Shown here one piece after another: positions 61,605-64,000 of a DNA stretch of 64,000 nt. The notes beneath the pieces were generated by a model. That model was not told the DNA's origin. It saw only the letters and a list, made by a program, of their open reading frames with translations, and ran no database searches. Within the stretch, counting starts at the first letter, position 1. Every line of letters begins with the position of its first letter. Source of the stretch: Octopus sinensis (taxonomy: Eukaryota); assembly GCF_006345805.1 (NCBI RefSeq), contig NC_043025.1, positions 7,688,001 to 7,752,000 of the forward strand, in the 5' to 3' direction. Both the position numbers and the translations under genes were made by a program.

Positions 61605-62039
61605 AGAGGGAGATATATATGTATACAAATATTTTATAATTATAAACATAATTATAATTAGGGTTCAGCTAATTGCTTCACCACATACTGAACTTAGAAT
61701 TAGGAGTTAAAAAAATTATAAAATATTTGTATAATTTTACCTATAAAGGTTATTTTAACATACCGATCTACTTGGTAAAATTATTAATTAATTGATTGAT
61801 TAATTACTCTTTACTCTTTACTCTTTTACTTGTTTCAGTCATTTGACTGCGGCCATGCTGGAGCACCGCCTTTAGTCGAGCAAATCGACCCCAGGATTTA
61901 TTCTTTGTAAGCCCAGTACTTATTCTATCGGTCTCTTTTGCCGAACCGCTAAGTAACAGGGACATAAACACACCAGCATCTGTTGTCAAGCAATGCTAGG
62001 GGGACAAACACGGACTCACAAACACACACATGCATATAT

Positions 62040-62091
<52 letters not shown>

Positions 62092-63510
62092 TACGACGGG
62101 CTTCTTTCAGTTTCCGTCTACCAAATCCACTCACAAGGCTTAGGTCAGCCCGAGGCTATAGCAGAAGACACTTGCCCAAGGTGCCACGCAGTGGGACTGA
62201 ACCTGGGACCATGTGGTTTGTAAACAAGCTACTTACCACACAGCCACTCCTGCTTGATTAATTAATTAATTTAATTGATTAATTTTACCCTTTTATTATT
62301 AATTTAAAATTATATATATACATCTTGCAAGATTGTGGTTTTGATTCCCAGACCAGGCAGAGTGCTCTATTCTGGAGAATACTTCATTTCACATTTTTTT
62401 CTTTGTGATCAATTTGACATCTGATATGTGGAACACCATGCCCTGTGCAAGCTATGTTGATTTGATGGGTGGAGTGAGCTAATGTACAGCATTTATCTTT
62501 CATCACTGTAAACAAATCAGCTCTGTAGAATGCTGAGCTAGAGGAATTATAGAACCCTGTCCCCTATGACAGGAAAAAGCACACAGTACAGCAGTCCTCA
62601 CCATATGCCAGGTCACCTATGGCAGTTTATTGTTTAAGCTTACATTGATCCCTCTGTGGTGTTGTTTTGCATTTATAATAAAATAAATATATACAAATTA
62701 TAAAAATAATTTTAAAAAATTAGCTTTATGGTTTCGGGTTCAGTCCCACTGCGTGTCACTTTCGGTAGGTGTCTTTCACTATAGCCCCGAGCTGACCGGA
62801 GCTTTGTGATTGAATTCGGTAGGTGGAAGTTACTGCCGTGTGTGTATATGTGTGTGTAGGTGCTTGTGCCTCTCCGAAAGAGAGAGAGAGAGGGATACAG
62901 GCGTAGGAGTGGCTGTGTGGTAAGTAGCTTGCTAACAACCACATGGTTCCGGGTTCAGTCCCACTGCATGGCACCTTGGGCAAGTGTCTTCTACTATAGC
63001 CTCGGGCCGACCAAAGCCTTGTGAGTGGATTTGGTAGACGGAAACTGAAAGAAGCCTGTCGTATATATGTACAATATATATGTATGTGTGTGTGTATATG
63101 TTTGTGTGTCTGTGTTTGTCCCCCTAGCATTGCTTGACAACCGATGCTGGTGTGTTTACGTCCCCCGTCACTTTGTGGTTCGGCAAAAGAGACCGATAGA
63201 ATAAGTACTGGGCTTACAAAGAATAAGTCCCGGGGTCGATTTGCTCGACTAAAGGCGGTGCTCCAGCATGGCCGCAGTCAAATGACTAAAACAAGTAAGA
63301 AAAAAAAAAAAAGAAAAAATGTCTAGGTATGTGTACGTACATGTGTGTGTGTGTGCATGTGCGTGTGTCTGTATGTATATAGAGAGACACACAAAATATA
63401 TATGCAAACACACACACACACTCTCTCTCTCTCCCTCTATCTCTCTTTCTCTCTCTCATATATACACTTTTATATATAGTTAGATAGATATGCATGCATA
63501 TGTAATATAT

Positions 63511-63907
63511 GTGGAGGCGAAATGGCCCAGTGGTTAGGGCAGCGGACTCGCGGTCATAGGATTGCGGTTTCGATTCCCAGACCGGGCGTTGTGAGTGTTT
63601 ATTGAGCGAAAACACCTAAAGCTCCACGAGGCTCCGGCAGGGGATGGTGGTGATCCCTGCTGTACTCTTTCACCACAACTGTCTCTCACTCTTACTTCCT
63701 GTTTCTGTTGTACCTGTATTTCAAAGGGCCGGCCTTGTCACTCTCTGTGTCACGCTGAATATCCCTGAGAACTACGTTAAGGGTACACGTGTCTGTGGAG
63801 TGCTCAGCCATTTACACGTTAATTTCACGAGCAGGCTGTTCCGTTGATTCGGATCAACCGGAACCCTCGTCGTCGTAACCGACGGAGTGCTTCCATCCAT
63901 CCATCCA
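63511..63907 (+). mobile_element. Family B SINE
   Basis: Full length, with TSD ATGTAATATAT on both sides. Confidence 0.9.
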
Positions 63908-64000
63908 TGTAATATATATAGAGCTGGCAGAAACGTTAGCATGCTGGGCGAAATGCGTAGCCGTATTTCGTCTGCGTTACATTGTGAGTTCAAATTCCGC

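Noticed and set aside
220-63993. The many 60-130-aa ORFs with MSSNARG, YDRLLSVSVYQIHSQG, MCHRHRCQ, MVVIPAVLFHH or YIYIYI content
   Set aside because: They are translations of SINE bodies and microsatellites repeated across the window, not genes.

Overview
Eukaryotic, extremely repeat-rich DNA. The tRNA-derived SINE families, CR1/RTE LINE remnants and (TA)n/(GTA)n/(ACC)n microsatellites are those expected of an Octopus (coleoid cephalopod) genome; the organism is my inference. The first 23.5 kb hold the 3' part of one intron-containing + strand gene, which the ORF track does not assemble. I reconstructed 10 GT-AG exons by hand (3858-4034, 6514-6621, 8791-8919, 11140-11322, 12915-13016, 15220-15327, 17488-17588, 18807-18873, 20688-20794, 22638-23496). 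They join in frame into 1941 nt = 646 aa + stop. The product has RCC1 repeats, a helical region and a C-terminal CGHH...CPQC motif, and most resembles Drosophila claret / C. elegans GLO-4-type Rab32/38 GEFs. The 5' exons lie upstream of the window. I could not support a second protein-coding gene in 23.5-64 kb. That region is SINEs, LINE remnants, non-autonomous Helitrons, a nested mariner remnant, satellites and a 100-N scaffold gap. Most notable non-obvious signals: an 86-bp intronic minisatellite that translates like the restriction-like endonuclease end of a CRE-type retrotransposon; five minimal hammerhead-ribozyme-like motifs with a covarying stem I, two of them in tandem; a four-layer mariner/SINE/RTE-like/SINE nest with all target-site duplications readable; two very long intronic fold-back palindromes; and SINEs amplified locally into tandem arrays. 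No prokaryote-type features (CRISPR, operons), rRNA genes or true tRNA genes were seen.
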